Shown here: piece after piece, positions 1 through 8,072 of the stretch | Numbering within the stretch: the first letter of the stretch is position 1 | Layout of the letters: every line of letters begins with the position of its first letter | Source of the DNA: Candidatus Hydrogenedentota bacterium | GTDB taxonomy: Bacteria; Hydrogenedentota; Hydrogenedentia; Hydrogenedentales; SLHB01 | Assembly (NCBI GenBank): GCA_045863335.1 | Contig: BTVY01000009.1 | Location: 16,623 to 80,622 of the forward strand | Reading direction: 5' to 3' | DNA length: 64,000 bases | Notes under the pieces: model-generated | The model's input: only the letters and a program-made list of their open reading frames with translations | Told to the model about the DNA's origin: nothing | Database searches by the model: none | Made by a program: the position numbers and the translations under genes

Positions 1-1426
1 TCCGCTTGGGGTTTACAGCAGCTTCGACTGCGAAACGGCGGCGGAGTTCTTCGTCAACGCGGTGACGGGGTTCTGCACCGGCAACTTCCGGATCGAACCT
101 TACAACACGAACTCGGAACTGTCGGACACGGTTCCCGTGGCTATCGATCCGCAGTACCTGATCGCGGGCGCGCTCCACTATCTCGACGGCCACGTGTTGA
201 TTCTCGCGGACATTGAGGAAACGGGAGAACTGCGATTCCTCGACGCTACGACGGCGGCGTCTCGCGACATCTATACTTTCAACGGCCTGAACGCCGTAAT
301 GGGGATTCCTGCCAAGAATTCGAACCGGAACGGGAACGAGTATGCCGGTTGCTTTCAGGGGCTGCGCATTTTCAGGTATCCCATCGCCGTAACGGACGAG
401 TCTGGGAAGGTTATCCGCGTGCGCCGTCGCACGGACGAAGAAATGAAGGAGTTCGGGTACTCCACGGAGCAGTACGACCATATCGAGAAAATCGTCCGGC
501 ACCAGAACATTGTGGAAGACGGTGTTTCGTTGACCAGCTTTCATGAGTTGATCTTGTCGCGCATGCGCAGCGTGGATCGTGTTTCGCCGGTCGAATTCAT
601 CGAGCACTTCGCGTACGAGCTGGTGGATTTATTCGCCATGCGCGAGGAGTTCGTGCAGCAGGGCTGGCAGGACGTCCTCGCGAACGGCCCCATCGCCTTC
701 CCTGAGAACAGCCGATCGGAAAACGTCTACGTGGCGAACGGCCGCTGGGGCGCCTGGACCTCTGCCGCGTCGGATGTGGACCTGAGGAATCGCTATTACT
801 ACCTGGCCGACTGGATGGACAATATCGTGCGCTGGTACGACCGTCAACCCGATTTTATCGACCTGACGGGACTTAACAAGTATTACGTGGTCGATCAAGG
901 CAATCTGGCGTACGCGCTCATGGCGGAGAAGACACGCATCTTTCACCGGCACACCTTTACCTACACCAATTCAGAAGGGGAACCGGTGGAATTGACCTTG
1001 CTCGAGTTGGAGAAGCGGCTTTACGACTTGTCCTTCGATCCGAATCATCCACCGGAATTGCGTTGGGGTGCGCCCTTCGGCAGTGCCGAGTACCGGACCG
1101 CTCCGGATATGCCGACGCCGCTGCCGGACGGAACGACGGTGGCCATGAACGAGGCGTACCGTCGCCAGGGATACTACCGCTCTCTGGGGCAGCGCGAGAC
1201 TACCGAAAGTTATCTGCGCGAGATGTTCACGTCAGGCTATCCTGTCCGCGAGAAGTTTAACGGCCAACTCGCCAAGTGGACCATCACGGCCGACCCGGTA
1301 CCGCCGCTGATCCCCACTGGAATATCGATTGCCGAGTTGCGCAAAGGCTGGGAAGCGCAGCAGCAGCAGCGCGTGCGCGCCGCATCGCGTCTGTTGGACC
1401 ATTCCACCGTCGGCGAAGTGAACTGA
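1..1426 (+). CDS. conserved hypothetical protein, 5'-truncated by the window edge
   Basis: The frame is open from position 2 (PLGVYSSFDC...) to the TGA ending at 1426. It carries GHV and SFDPNHPPELRWGA motifs. No function is recognisable. Confidence 0.75.
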   Translation, partial: PLGVYSSFDCETAAEFFVNAVTGFCTGNFRIEPYNTNSELSDTVPVAIDPQYLIAGALHYLDGHVLILADIEETGELRFLDATTAASRDIYTFNGLNAVMGIPAKNSNRNGNEYAGCFQGLRIFRYPIAVTDESGKVIRVRRRTDEEMKEFGYSTEQYDHIEKIVRHQNIVEDGVSLTSFHELILSRMRSVDRVSPVEFIEHFAYELVDLFAMREEFVQQGWQDVLANGPIAFPENSRSENVYVANGRWGAWTSAASDVDLRNRYYYLADWMDNIVRWYDRQPDFIDLTGLNKYYVVDQGNLAYALMAEKTRIFHRHTFTYTNSEGEPVELTLLELEKRLYDLSFDPNHPPELRWGAPFGSAEYRTAPDMPTPLPDGTTVAMNEAYRRQGYYRSLGQRETTESYLREMFTSGYPVREKFNGQLAKWTITADPVPPLIPTGISIAELRKGWEAQQQQRVRAASRLLDHSTVGEVN

Positions 1427-1475
1427 AGCGTTCCCATTCCTCGGCTCGTCGCAAAGGGGTAGGGGGGAAGCCAGC

Positions 1476-2510
1476 ATGATTCGGAACGCCATGTCATGTT
1501 TCCTCGTTGTGGCCATTTGCATTTCCTGCGCGGCCGTTAAGGCGCCGGACGATTCATCCCCACGCAGTTGGTTTCCCACGCCCTCCAATACGAAACCGCG
1601 GCCAGATTACTTCAATCACGCCTACGGACCGCACGAACGAAATGTGCTGGATCTTTGGCAAGCGGAATCGGAAAAGCCGACACCGGTCTTGATCTTCTTC
1701 CATGGCGGTGGATTTGTTGGCGGCGACAAGTGGACGCTCTCTTCGGATTTGCTGCAGATGTGTCTCAATTCAGGGATCTCCGTGGCGAGCGCGAACTACC
1801 GCAAGTCCACCCAGGCGCCATATCCCGCGCCCATGTTGGATGGCGCTCGCGCCGTGCAATACCTTCGGTACCGGGCAAAAGACTGGAACCTGGACCCCGA
1901 TCGGATCGCCGTCTCGGGAGACTCGGCCGGCGCCGGCATTTCGTTGTGGATAGCGTTTCACGACGACCTACGACGGCCTGGTTCGCATGACAAAGTACTG
2001 CGGGAATCTTCACGCGTGAGTGCCGCGTGCGTGTTCGGCGCGCAGTCCACGTATGACCCGCGTGTCATTCGCAACGAGATTGGCGGTCGCTCGTACGAGC
2101 ATCCAGCGCTGACCATGTTTTACGGAATCACGCTCGAGGAACTGGACACGCCGAAAGCATACCGCCTCTACGAAGACGCCTCCGCGATTAATCATGCAAC
2201 GCCGGATGACCCGCCGGTTATCATGTTCTATTCGGAAGATCGCGCTCCCCTTCCGCCGGGACCCAACCCTAACGCGGGGCTGTATTACCCCGACTTTGGC
2301 AAGCCGTTGGAAGGCTACGGACCGCCCGGAGAGGCCATCCACCATCCCCGGTTCGGCGCACTGCTTGAGGAGAAGCTCGAGCCCATGGGTATCGAGTGCA
2401 TCCTGCTCCATCGGGACGATTTCTCCGCTACGGAAAATCCCGGCGCCGCGGCGCATCACGAAATGGTGCAATTCCTCCGTCGTCTGTTTAAGATGATGGA
2501 GGAAGAATAG
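1476..2510 (+). CDS. alpha/beta hydrolase (HSL/BD-FAE-like esterase), probable lipoprotein
   Basis: HGGGF oxyanion motif, GDSAG nucleophile elbow, and an N-terminal signal ending in ISC. Confidence 0.85.
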   Translation: MIRNAMSCFLVVAICISCAAVKAPDDSSPRSWFPTPSNTKPRPDYFNHAYGPHERNVLDLWQAESEKPTPVLIFFHGGGFVGGDKWTLSSDLLQMCLNSGISVASANYRKSTQAPYPAPMLDGARAVQYLRYRAKDWNLDPDRIAVSGDSAGAGISLWIAFHDDLRRPGSHDKVLRESSRVSAACVFGAQSTYDPRVIRNEIGGRSYEHPALTMFYGITLEELDTPKAYRLYEDASAINHATPDDPPVIMFYSEDRAPLPPGPNPNAGLYYPDFGKPLEGYGPPGEAIHHPRFGALLEEKLEPMGIECILLHRDDFSATENPGAAAHHEMVQFLRRLFKMMEEE

Positions 2511-2538
2511 GTTGCTTTTGGCGAGTTAGGAGGGGGAT

Positions 2539-3279
2539 ATGCGAGTTCATGTACGTGCGTGTCTTTTCGGGGTAGTGGTCGCAATCGCGGCAGCTTTGGC
2601 GGTGCCTGTGTCGGCAGAAGAACCGGCTCCGGTCAAATGTCTGATGATGGGGATGGGCCCCCATGGTGATGTAGTTATGACCGATGCCCTTGAAGACATC
2701 AAGGCCAACTATCCAAGTGTCGCGATCACGCCGAGCGAAAACATCGAAGATCTGAAGATCGAAAACCTCAGGAACTACGATGTGCTTCTCCTGGTGCAGA
2801 TCAAAGTCGAAGGCGGGAACCCGCCGGACTACGTCAAGGAAGGGATCATCCAGTTTCTCCAGGAAGGCGGGGGATTGGTGGTAACGCACTTCGCGGTTGC
2901 GAACGTTCAGGAGTGGCGAGATTCCATCGACATTTACGGCGCCATGTGGGTGAGCGGAAAGTCGACGCATGGTCCGTACCACGAGTTCAGCGTGGACATT
3001 AAAGACGAGGCGCACCCCATTCTGGAGGGCGTCAAGCCGTTCACGACGAATGACGAACTGTATTTCAATCTGCTCATGCGGCCCGATATGAACGTCATCA
3101 TGACGGCCGACGAGGAGCGGTTCGGGCATACCGTGGCCGAGCCGATGCTGGCCACGCACTACGTGCACAACGCGCGCTGCGTGTACTTCGCGCTGGGCCA
3201 CGACGTGAAGTCCTGCGAACCGCCCGAGTTTCGGAAGATTCTGGTCCAATCCGTGGAATGGGCCGCCTGCCGGCGGTAG
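2539..3279 (+). CDS. ThuA-like (class I glutamine amidotransferase-like) domain protein, secreted
   Basis: Signal peptide; GGGLVVTH, HPILEG, DELY and YFALGHD motifs typical of ThuA-like domains. Confidence 0.8.
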   Translation: MRVHVRACLFGVVVAIAAALAVPVSAEEPAPVKCLMMGMGPHGDVVMTDALEDIKANYPSVAITPSENIEDLKIENLRNYDVLLLVQIKVEGGNPPDYVKEGIIQFLQEGGGLVVTHFAVANVQEWRDSIDIYGAMWVSGKSTHGPYHEFSVDIKDEAHPILEGVKPFTTNDELYFNLLMRPDMNVIMTADEERFGHTVAEPMLATHYVHNARCVYFALGHDVKSCEPPEFRKILVQSVEWAACRR

Positions 3280-3433
3280 AGCTATCCAATACGGTTCCGA
3301 ATGGAACGCGGCATCGCCTCAAAACAGGGATGCCGCGCTCTTGTTCTTCGCGATCGCATCTCTGTTGCGCCAGGTAGCAGATATCGATCATGATCGTCAC
3401 CTGTGATGTCGAGGCCCTCGAGGAGTAGTCGCG

Positions 3434-4264
3434 TTGGTGTCATCAATTACTCGTACCGTCCTCACCGTTTTGGTCGGCGCAATCGTTTCAGTGCCGGCCG
3501 CAACGCGGGAGGGTGCTGGCACGCACCGGGGTCTTGGTATGCAAGACGGAGCGGCCCTTTTGCGCGGCCCGAGATTGGATCCGGTCGCTGGGATCCCGAT
3601 GCAGCATCCGCGTCAGGAAAGCAAGGTGCAGCTCGAGCAGTTGGGCGTTGCGATGCGGATGTTCGCGGCGGAAAGTCCCGGCCAACAGTACCCCCCGCTG
3701 AATGTGCGGGCCGGGGAATTGTCGGTGGAGCCGCGAGCGCTGGTTCCCGAGTACATCACTAACACGTCCCTGTTCGTTTCTCCCGCGCATCCGGAAGCAT
3801 TGCAGCTAAAGGAGCAGGCGCTGCGGGAGCCGCTGTCCGTCATCGATGACCGAAGTTACTGGTACCTCGGTTACGTGCTGCCTGATGAAGACACGGGTCT
3901 CGTGTTTCTGGAAGCGTTCAAGGGGGCCGTCAAAGCCGGGGACGCGCTTGATGATGACGTAGCGATTGGCGGTTTTGGCACCATTTACCGTCTCCGCGAG
4001 GGCGTCGAGCGGGCTGTCATAATGGACGTCAACAATCCCGAGGCCGCGCGGGAAATGCAGGCCAGGATTCCGATCATGATTGAGCGGCCCGGCATACAAG
4101 ACGGGGGTTCGAACGTGCTGTACCTGGATGGGCACGTGGAATTCATCCCGTATCCCGGTCGATTCCCAATGACCAACGAATTTGTGGAGGCACTGCGCGT
4201 GCTGGATGCGAAGAAGACGCGGCCCGGCGCAGAGGCTCCATTGAGCCCGGAGTCGCGGCGATAG
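3434..4264 (+). CDS. H-X9-DG C-terminal domain (DUF1559-like) protein lacking a prepilin leader
   Basis: GSNVLYLDGHVEF, YWYLGY and TIYRLREGVER motifs are shared with 59826-60716. GAGGAG RBS precedes a TTG start. Confidence 0.75.
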   Translation: MVSSITRTVLTVLVGAIVSVPAATREGAGTHRGLGMQDGAALLRGPRLDPVAGIPMQHPRQESKVQLEQLGVAMRMFAAESPGQQYPPLNVRAGELSVEPRALVPEYITNTSLFVSPAHPEALQLKEQALREPLSVIDDRSYWYLGYVLPDEDTGLVFLEAFKGAVKAGDALDDDVAIGGFGTIYRLREGVERAVIMDVNNPEAAREMQARIPIMIERPGIQDGGSNVLYLDGHVEFIPYPGRFPMTNEFVEALRVLDAKKTRPGAEAPLSPESRR

Positions 4265-4310
4265 CGAAATTCGAAATCCGAAACAAATTCGAATGACCAA
4301 AATTCGAAAA
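4265..4310. repeat. degenerate ~7-nt tandem repeat (TCGAAAT-like)
   Basis: GCGAAAT TCGAAAT CCGAAAC AAAT TCGAAT GACCAAAAT TCGAAAA. Confidence 0.6.
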
Positions 4311-4332
4311 GGACTTCCTCCAACTTCGTGGC

Positions 4333-4415
4333 AAGTGGGGTGTCCTCGCCCAAGATGTTTGGCGAAACAGCTCACCGTCGGATCCCGAAGAACCTGGGCC
4401 AGGACGCCCACACTT
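4333..4415. repeat. REP-like inverted repeat pair
   Basis: AAGTGGGGTGTCCTCGCCCAAG (4333-4354) versus CCTGGGCCAGGACGCCCACACTT (4393-4415), imperfect reverse complements. Confidence 0.6.
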
Positions 4416-4430
4416 ATCTTCAATGCGCTC

Positions 4431-4466
4431 GTCCTATTGGTCCCATTGGTCCTATACGTCCTATCG
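4431..4466. repeat. 9-nt tandem repeat, 4 copies (GTCCYATNN)
   Basis: GTCCTATTG GTCCCATTG GTCCTATAC GTCCTATCG. Confidence 0.75.
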
Positions 4467-4524
4467 ACCCAAACTGTGATATTCTGATTGCTTCTTGGCC
4501 GCGAACGCAATCAGGAGTCAACGC

Positions 4525-5379
4525 ATGCTTACCGCAATCTTGATCGCAGCGATTACGGCTGCCGGCGCGGGAAACATCACTTCCGAAGCGCCCCCGGAGC
4601 AGCCGGTGCGTATCGCACTCATGCACGGCGTTCCCGTGAAGTGGGACGTGAAAGCCAACTTCGAAGTTTTCCTGTCCAGCCTTGAACAGGCGTCCGCCGA
4701 GCGGGCCGACATCTTCATTACGCCGGAGTGCTGGCTGGATGGTTACGCAGCTCCGGACGAAGGGTCAACGCCCGAACGATTGCGGACCGTCGCGCAGGAT
4801 TTGGAAACCAGCGAATACATCCAGCGCGTTCAGCAGGAGGCGAAGGACCGGGCCATGATGATTTGCTTCGGATTTACCTCTCTGGAAGACGGGAAGCTTT
4901 TCAACACCGCGGGGCTATGGGACGCAGAAGGAAAGCTGGTTGGGCTGTACCATAAGACGCACCTTCAGACGCACGATCTGCAATACAGTTTCGGCGAAGG
5001 CATTCCCGTTTGGCCGTCGAAGTACGGCCCCCTCGGTATGATGATCTGCGCCGATCGACGCTGGCCGGAGACGGTCCGCACGTTGCGTCTGCAAGGCGCG
5101 AAGCTCATTCTGAACCCCACCTACGGCTTCCACAATGACATGAACGAAGCCATCATGCGCACGCGGTCTTTCGAGAACCAGTGTTTCATCGCGTTTACCC
5201 ATCCCGAAGAGAGTCTCGTGACCGGTCCGAAGGGCCAAGTTCTCGCGCGTTGGGAAGGCACCGCCCCCGGCGTACTGGTCTGCGAAATCGATCTCGCGCT
5301 CGCCAAGGACGACAACCATATCCGCGACCGCCGTCCCGAACTGTATGGGGTCATCGCGGAGGGAGACTCGGTGAATTGA
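4525..5379 (+). CDS. carbon-nitrogen hydrolase (nitrilase superfamily) with signal peptide
   Basis: E-K-C triad (TPEC, YHKTH, ICADRR); C-terminal DRRPELY; hydrophobic N-terminus from ATG 4525. Confidence 0.88.
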   Translation: MLTAILIAAITAAGAGNITSEAPPEQPVRIALMHGVPVKWDVKANFEVFLSSLEQASAERADIFITPECWLDGYAAPDEGSTPERLRTVAQDLETSEYIQRVQQEAKDRAMMICFGFTSLEDGKLFNTAGLWDAEGKLVGLYHKTHLQTHDLQYSFGEGIPVWPSKYGPLGMMICADRRWPETVRTLRLQGAKLILNPTYGFHNDMNEAIMRTRSFENQCFIAFTHPEESLVTGPKGQVLARWEGTAPGVLVCEIDLALAKDDNHIRDRRPELYGVIAEGDSVN

Positions 5380-5389
5380 GCGTCATCGG

Positions 5390-5502
5390 CTAGCCCGCAT
5401 TTCTCACCGCCCTGCAACGCCACCTTCGTGACCAAGCAACAGAAGCGGTGAGAAATGCTCCCGAGTAAACCTCCAGGGTCACTGGTGAGAAAACCGGGCT
5501 AG
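5390..5502. mobile_element. MITE-like miniature element with CTAG-ended terminal inverted repeats
   Basis: CTAGCCCGCATTTCTCACC ... GGTGAGAAAACCGGGCTAG (17/19 reverse-complement match), plus an internal copy GCGGTGAGAAATGC at 5445-5458. Confidence 0.6.
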
Positions 5503-6272
5503 CGCCAGTAGTCGGCGTTCAAGGTTACGGATTTCACGGTAACGGTTGCGCCAGTGCGGATGACAAACTCGCTCAGACCCACCTCGGTCAACGGATTGCC
5601 CCAGTCGTACGTATACCCGAGCCGGGTCCAGGGATACCCGTCGGGGCCATAAGAAATGGCGACTTGACTCTCATACCAGTCTACGTATTCCGATGAGACG
5701 GTGACGAAAAGTTCAGAGCCCGGAAAGTCCAACTCCGCCTCATGGTCGGTAACAGCGGGGTCCGGGCTGGGCCGGAACAGATCGGAGGGATCAACCCAGA
5801 ACTCTACGAATCGCGTTTTTCCATCATGGGGTGGCAATCCGAGAAGCTGTTCCGCGCGGAGCGTCATGCGGCTATCGTTCAAGGCCAGCCGTTTGCAGAC
5901 ATCCTGGATCTGCGGGGCCAAGGTCACCCACGTGTCCCGCTCGGTTTCGATGGATTTCACCAAATCGGCCACGGGAATTGACTTGCCCACCTGGTCGTCG
6001 TATCCGGTCCACGACGTCCAGGTGACCACCAGTACCCTCGATTCGCCGGAAGCTCCTTCCCAAACCAAGGAGTCCTCGTGCGGAGTAATCGCGGTCAGCG
6101 ATCGGCAGATTTCGTCCGGCTCCGCCAGTTCCGCATCGAGGACCGCCGCGCGAAATGCCGCCTCCAGTCGCGCGTCAGTCGCAGGAGGCACAAGCGGACA
6201 GCCTGTCAGCGCGAGACTCAGGATGAGGCATGTTGGAATCGGTATTCTGGAGGTCCTTCGGGCGGCGTTCAT
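5499..6272 (-). CDS. hypothetical lipoprotein (YPWTRLGYTYDW motif family)
   Basis: LTGC lipobox; conserved-looking QLLGLPP, DLFRP and YPWTRLGYTYDWG...GLSEF motifs. Confidence 0.8.
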   Translation of the reverse strand: MNAARRTSRIPIPTCLILSLALTGCPLVPPATDARLEAAFRAAVLDAELAEPDEICRSLTAITPHEDSLVWEGASGESRVLVVTWTSWTGYDDQVGKSIPVADLVKSIETERDTWVTLAPQIQDVCKRLALNDSRMTLRAEQLLGLPPHDGKTRFVEFWVDPSDLFRPSPDPAVTDHEAELDFPGSELFVTVSSEYVDWYESQVAISYGPDGYPWTRLGYTYDWGNPLTEVGLSEFVIRTGATVTVKSVTLNADYWR

Positions 6273-6466
6273 CGCGGTGATTCCTTATCAAGTTGCAGCC
6301 GGTCGCGTAAGCGTACCGGTGATTTCGTCGCGAGATTGTACCAAATAGACATGGCGCCGCCGATTTGGACGACGGATTTGGGACACAGCGCACAAAGCAG
6401 GCCGATTTGTGCGTGGATAGGGTGTAGGATGATGAAACGGGGATAAGGCGACCCAAGCGGAGGGGA

Positions 6467-6952
6467 ATGAGCGAGGACCATGTAGAAACGTTGCGGAGGT
6501 TCTATGAAGCCAATCGTAACGAATTGTACACCTACGCGCTAGCCCTGACGCGTTCGCGGGAGGCGGCGGAGGACGCCATCCACACGGCCTTCGGCAAGAT
6601 GCTGAAGACGTGGAGTTTGCCACGCGAGTTGCGGCCTTATGTGTTCCGCTGTGTGCGAAACGCGGCCATCGACGAGCACCGGGTGCGCGCTCGCCAAGAG
6701 TTGCACGATTCCCCATTCGCCATCGATGAATCGCGAAACAACGGTCACGATCCGGAGTTGCAGCACCAATTGGCTGACCTGCTCCTGACCCTGTCCGACG
6801 ACGAGCGGGAGAGCATCATGCTCAAGATCTACAGCGGAATGACCTTCCACGAGATCGCGGCGACGCGGTCCGTGTCCATCAATACGGCGGCATCGTGGTA
6901 CCGCCGTGGACTCGAAAAACTACGAGTCCTCATGCGAGGAGAAAACGTATGA
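6467..6952 (+). CDS. ECF-type RNA polymerase sigma factor
   Basis: Region 2 (AAEDAIHTAF...RNAAID) and region 4 (LSDDERESIMLK..GMTFHEIA...YRRGLEKLR); 161 aa. Confidence 0.92.
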   Translation: MSEDHVETLRRFYEANRNELYTYALALTRSREAAEDAIHTAFGKMLKTWSLPRELRPYVFRCVRNAAIDEHRVRARQELHDSPFAIDESRNNGHDPELQHQLADLLLTLSDDERESIMLKIYSGMTFHEIAATRSVSINTAASWYRRGLEKLRVLMRGENV

Positions 6953-7332
6953 AGGACCTTGAACGCGAATTGAAATCGATTCCCCCGGCGTCGCCCGATG
7001 CGCGGCACGAGCGGAGAATGGATCGGCTGTTCCTCGAGTCCGAACGACGGCGTACCTGGTATCGGAGGCCGATCCCGTTGTGGCAGGGGCTTGCGGCCTG
7101 TCTGTTGGCCGTGGTGTTCGGGTATCTGTATGGCGGGAAGCAAGACGTGGCGCCACCCACACCGGTCGAGACGACGAGGACCGTTTATATCGTGCCCGCG
7201 ACGCCGGAGTTTCAGCGCGCCGTACAAGGGGCGGTGCAGTCGCACCCCGCCCCCGCGGAACGCGGCAACTACGTCATCGAAGTGTCGCCATCTACGCTTG
7301 GTCGGGAAAGCAGAACAGGAGATAGCATATGA
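6949..7332 (+). CDS. putative single-pass membrane anti-sigma factor
   Basis: ATGA overlap with the sigma gene; short charged N-terminus, one TM helix (IPLWQGLAACLLAVVFGYLY), Pro-rich tail. Confidence 0.7.
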   Translation: MKDLERELKSIPPASPDARHERRMDRLFLESERRRTWYRRPIPLWQGLAACLLAVVFGYLYGGKQDVAPPTPVETTRTVYIVPATPEFQRAVQGAVQSHPAPAERGNYVIEVSPSTLGRESRTGDSI

Positions 7333-8069
7333 GCGCCACGTTGAAAGCCTTCTATGTCGCTTGTCTGGTCGCGGCCGCCAGTGATGCCCGCGCCGACAGC
7401 GTACCGCAAGCAGATATCGCGGGTCCGGGTTCCGCCGCCAGCTATCGAGTCGAAGTGCACGTGTCGCGCATTTTGGCCTCCGACAATTCGACGCCATCCC
7501 TACAGATCGAGGACCAACTCCGATTCGACCCGCTCCCAGAAGCCGGAGAGCATATCGGTCATGCGTTCGGGACTGAGATTCGGCTCCGGGTCCACGGCGA
7601 GTCTTGGGTTCTCAACGAAAACGGCTTGGCGCGTGACGGCGTCACGGACGAATCCCGCGCTTTGATCCAGACCGTTGCCAGTCCGGCCATCCTGTTGCCC
7701 ATCGGCGAAAGCGCGGAAATCCGTATCGGTGATGAGGGCGCCCAGTATTTTGAAGCGGACGAAGACGGGGCCTATTCACTGCACACCCTGGATGAATTCG
7801 TTGGGTATACCTTTGCCTGTACGCTGACTCCGTCCTCCGCCATGGAAGGCGCTTTGAGCATGAAGATTGACAGCACCCTTCGCGAATCCGGAGCGCGGGA
7901 ACCCGTCAGCGGATTGGCTACGCTGGACGTCGGCAAGCCCAACGTACGTACGCAGACGTTTCAGACGAATATCCAACTGAAGCCTGGAGATTGGCTTGCA
8001 TCCGTCAGCCGTTCGGACGACGGTTCCATTCTGTTGACCTGCGTCACCGTCCGTGAACAGGGGAGTTAA
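7329..8069 (+). CDS. secreted protein with a stand-alone secretin-like beta domain
   Basis: Signal peptide; VASPAILLPIGESAEIRIG, VGYTFACTLTP and PNVRTQTFQTNIQLKPGD resemble secretin C-domain strands; ATGA overlap with the upstream gene. Confidence 0.6.
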   Translation: MSATLKAFYVACLVAAASDARADSVPQADIAGPGSAASYRVEVHVSRILASDNSTPSLQIEDQLRFDPLPEAGEHIGHAFGTEIRLRVHGESWVLNENGLARDGVTDESRALIQTVASPAILLPIGESAEIRIGDEGAQYFEADEDGAYSLHTLDEFVGYTFACTLTPSSAMEGALSMKIDSTLRESGAREPVSGLATLDVGKPNVRTQTFQTNIQLKPGDWLASVSRSDDGSILLTCVTVREQGS

Positions 8070-8072
8070 TGC

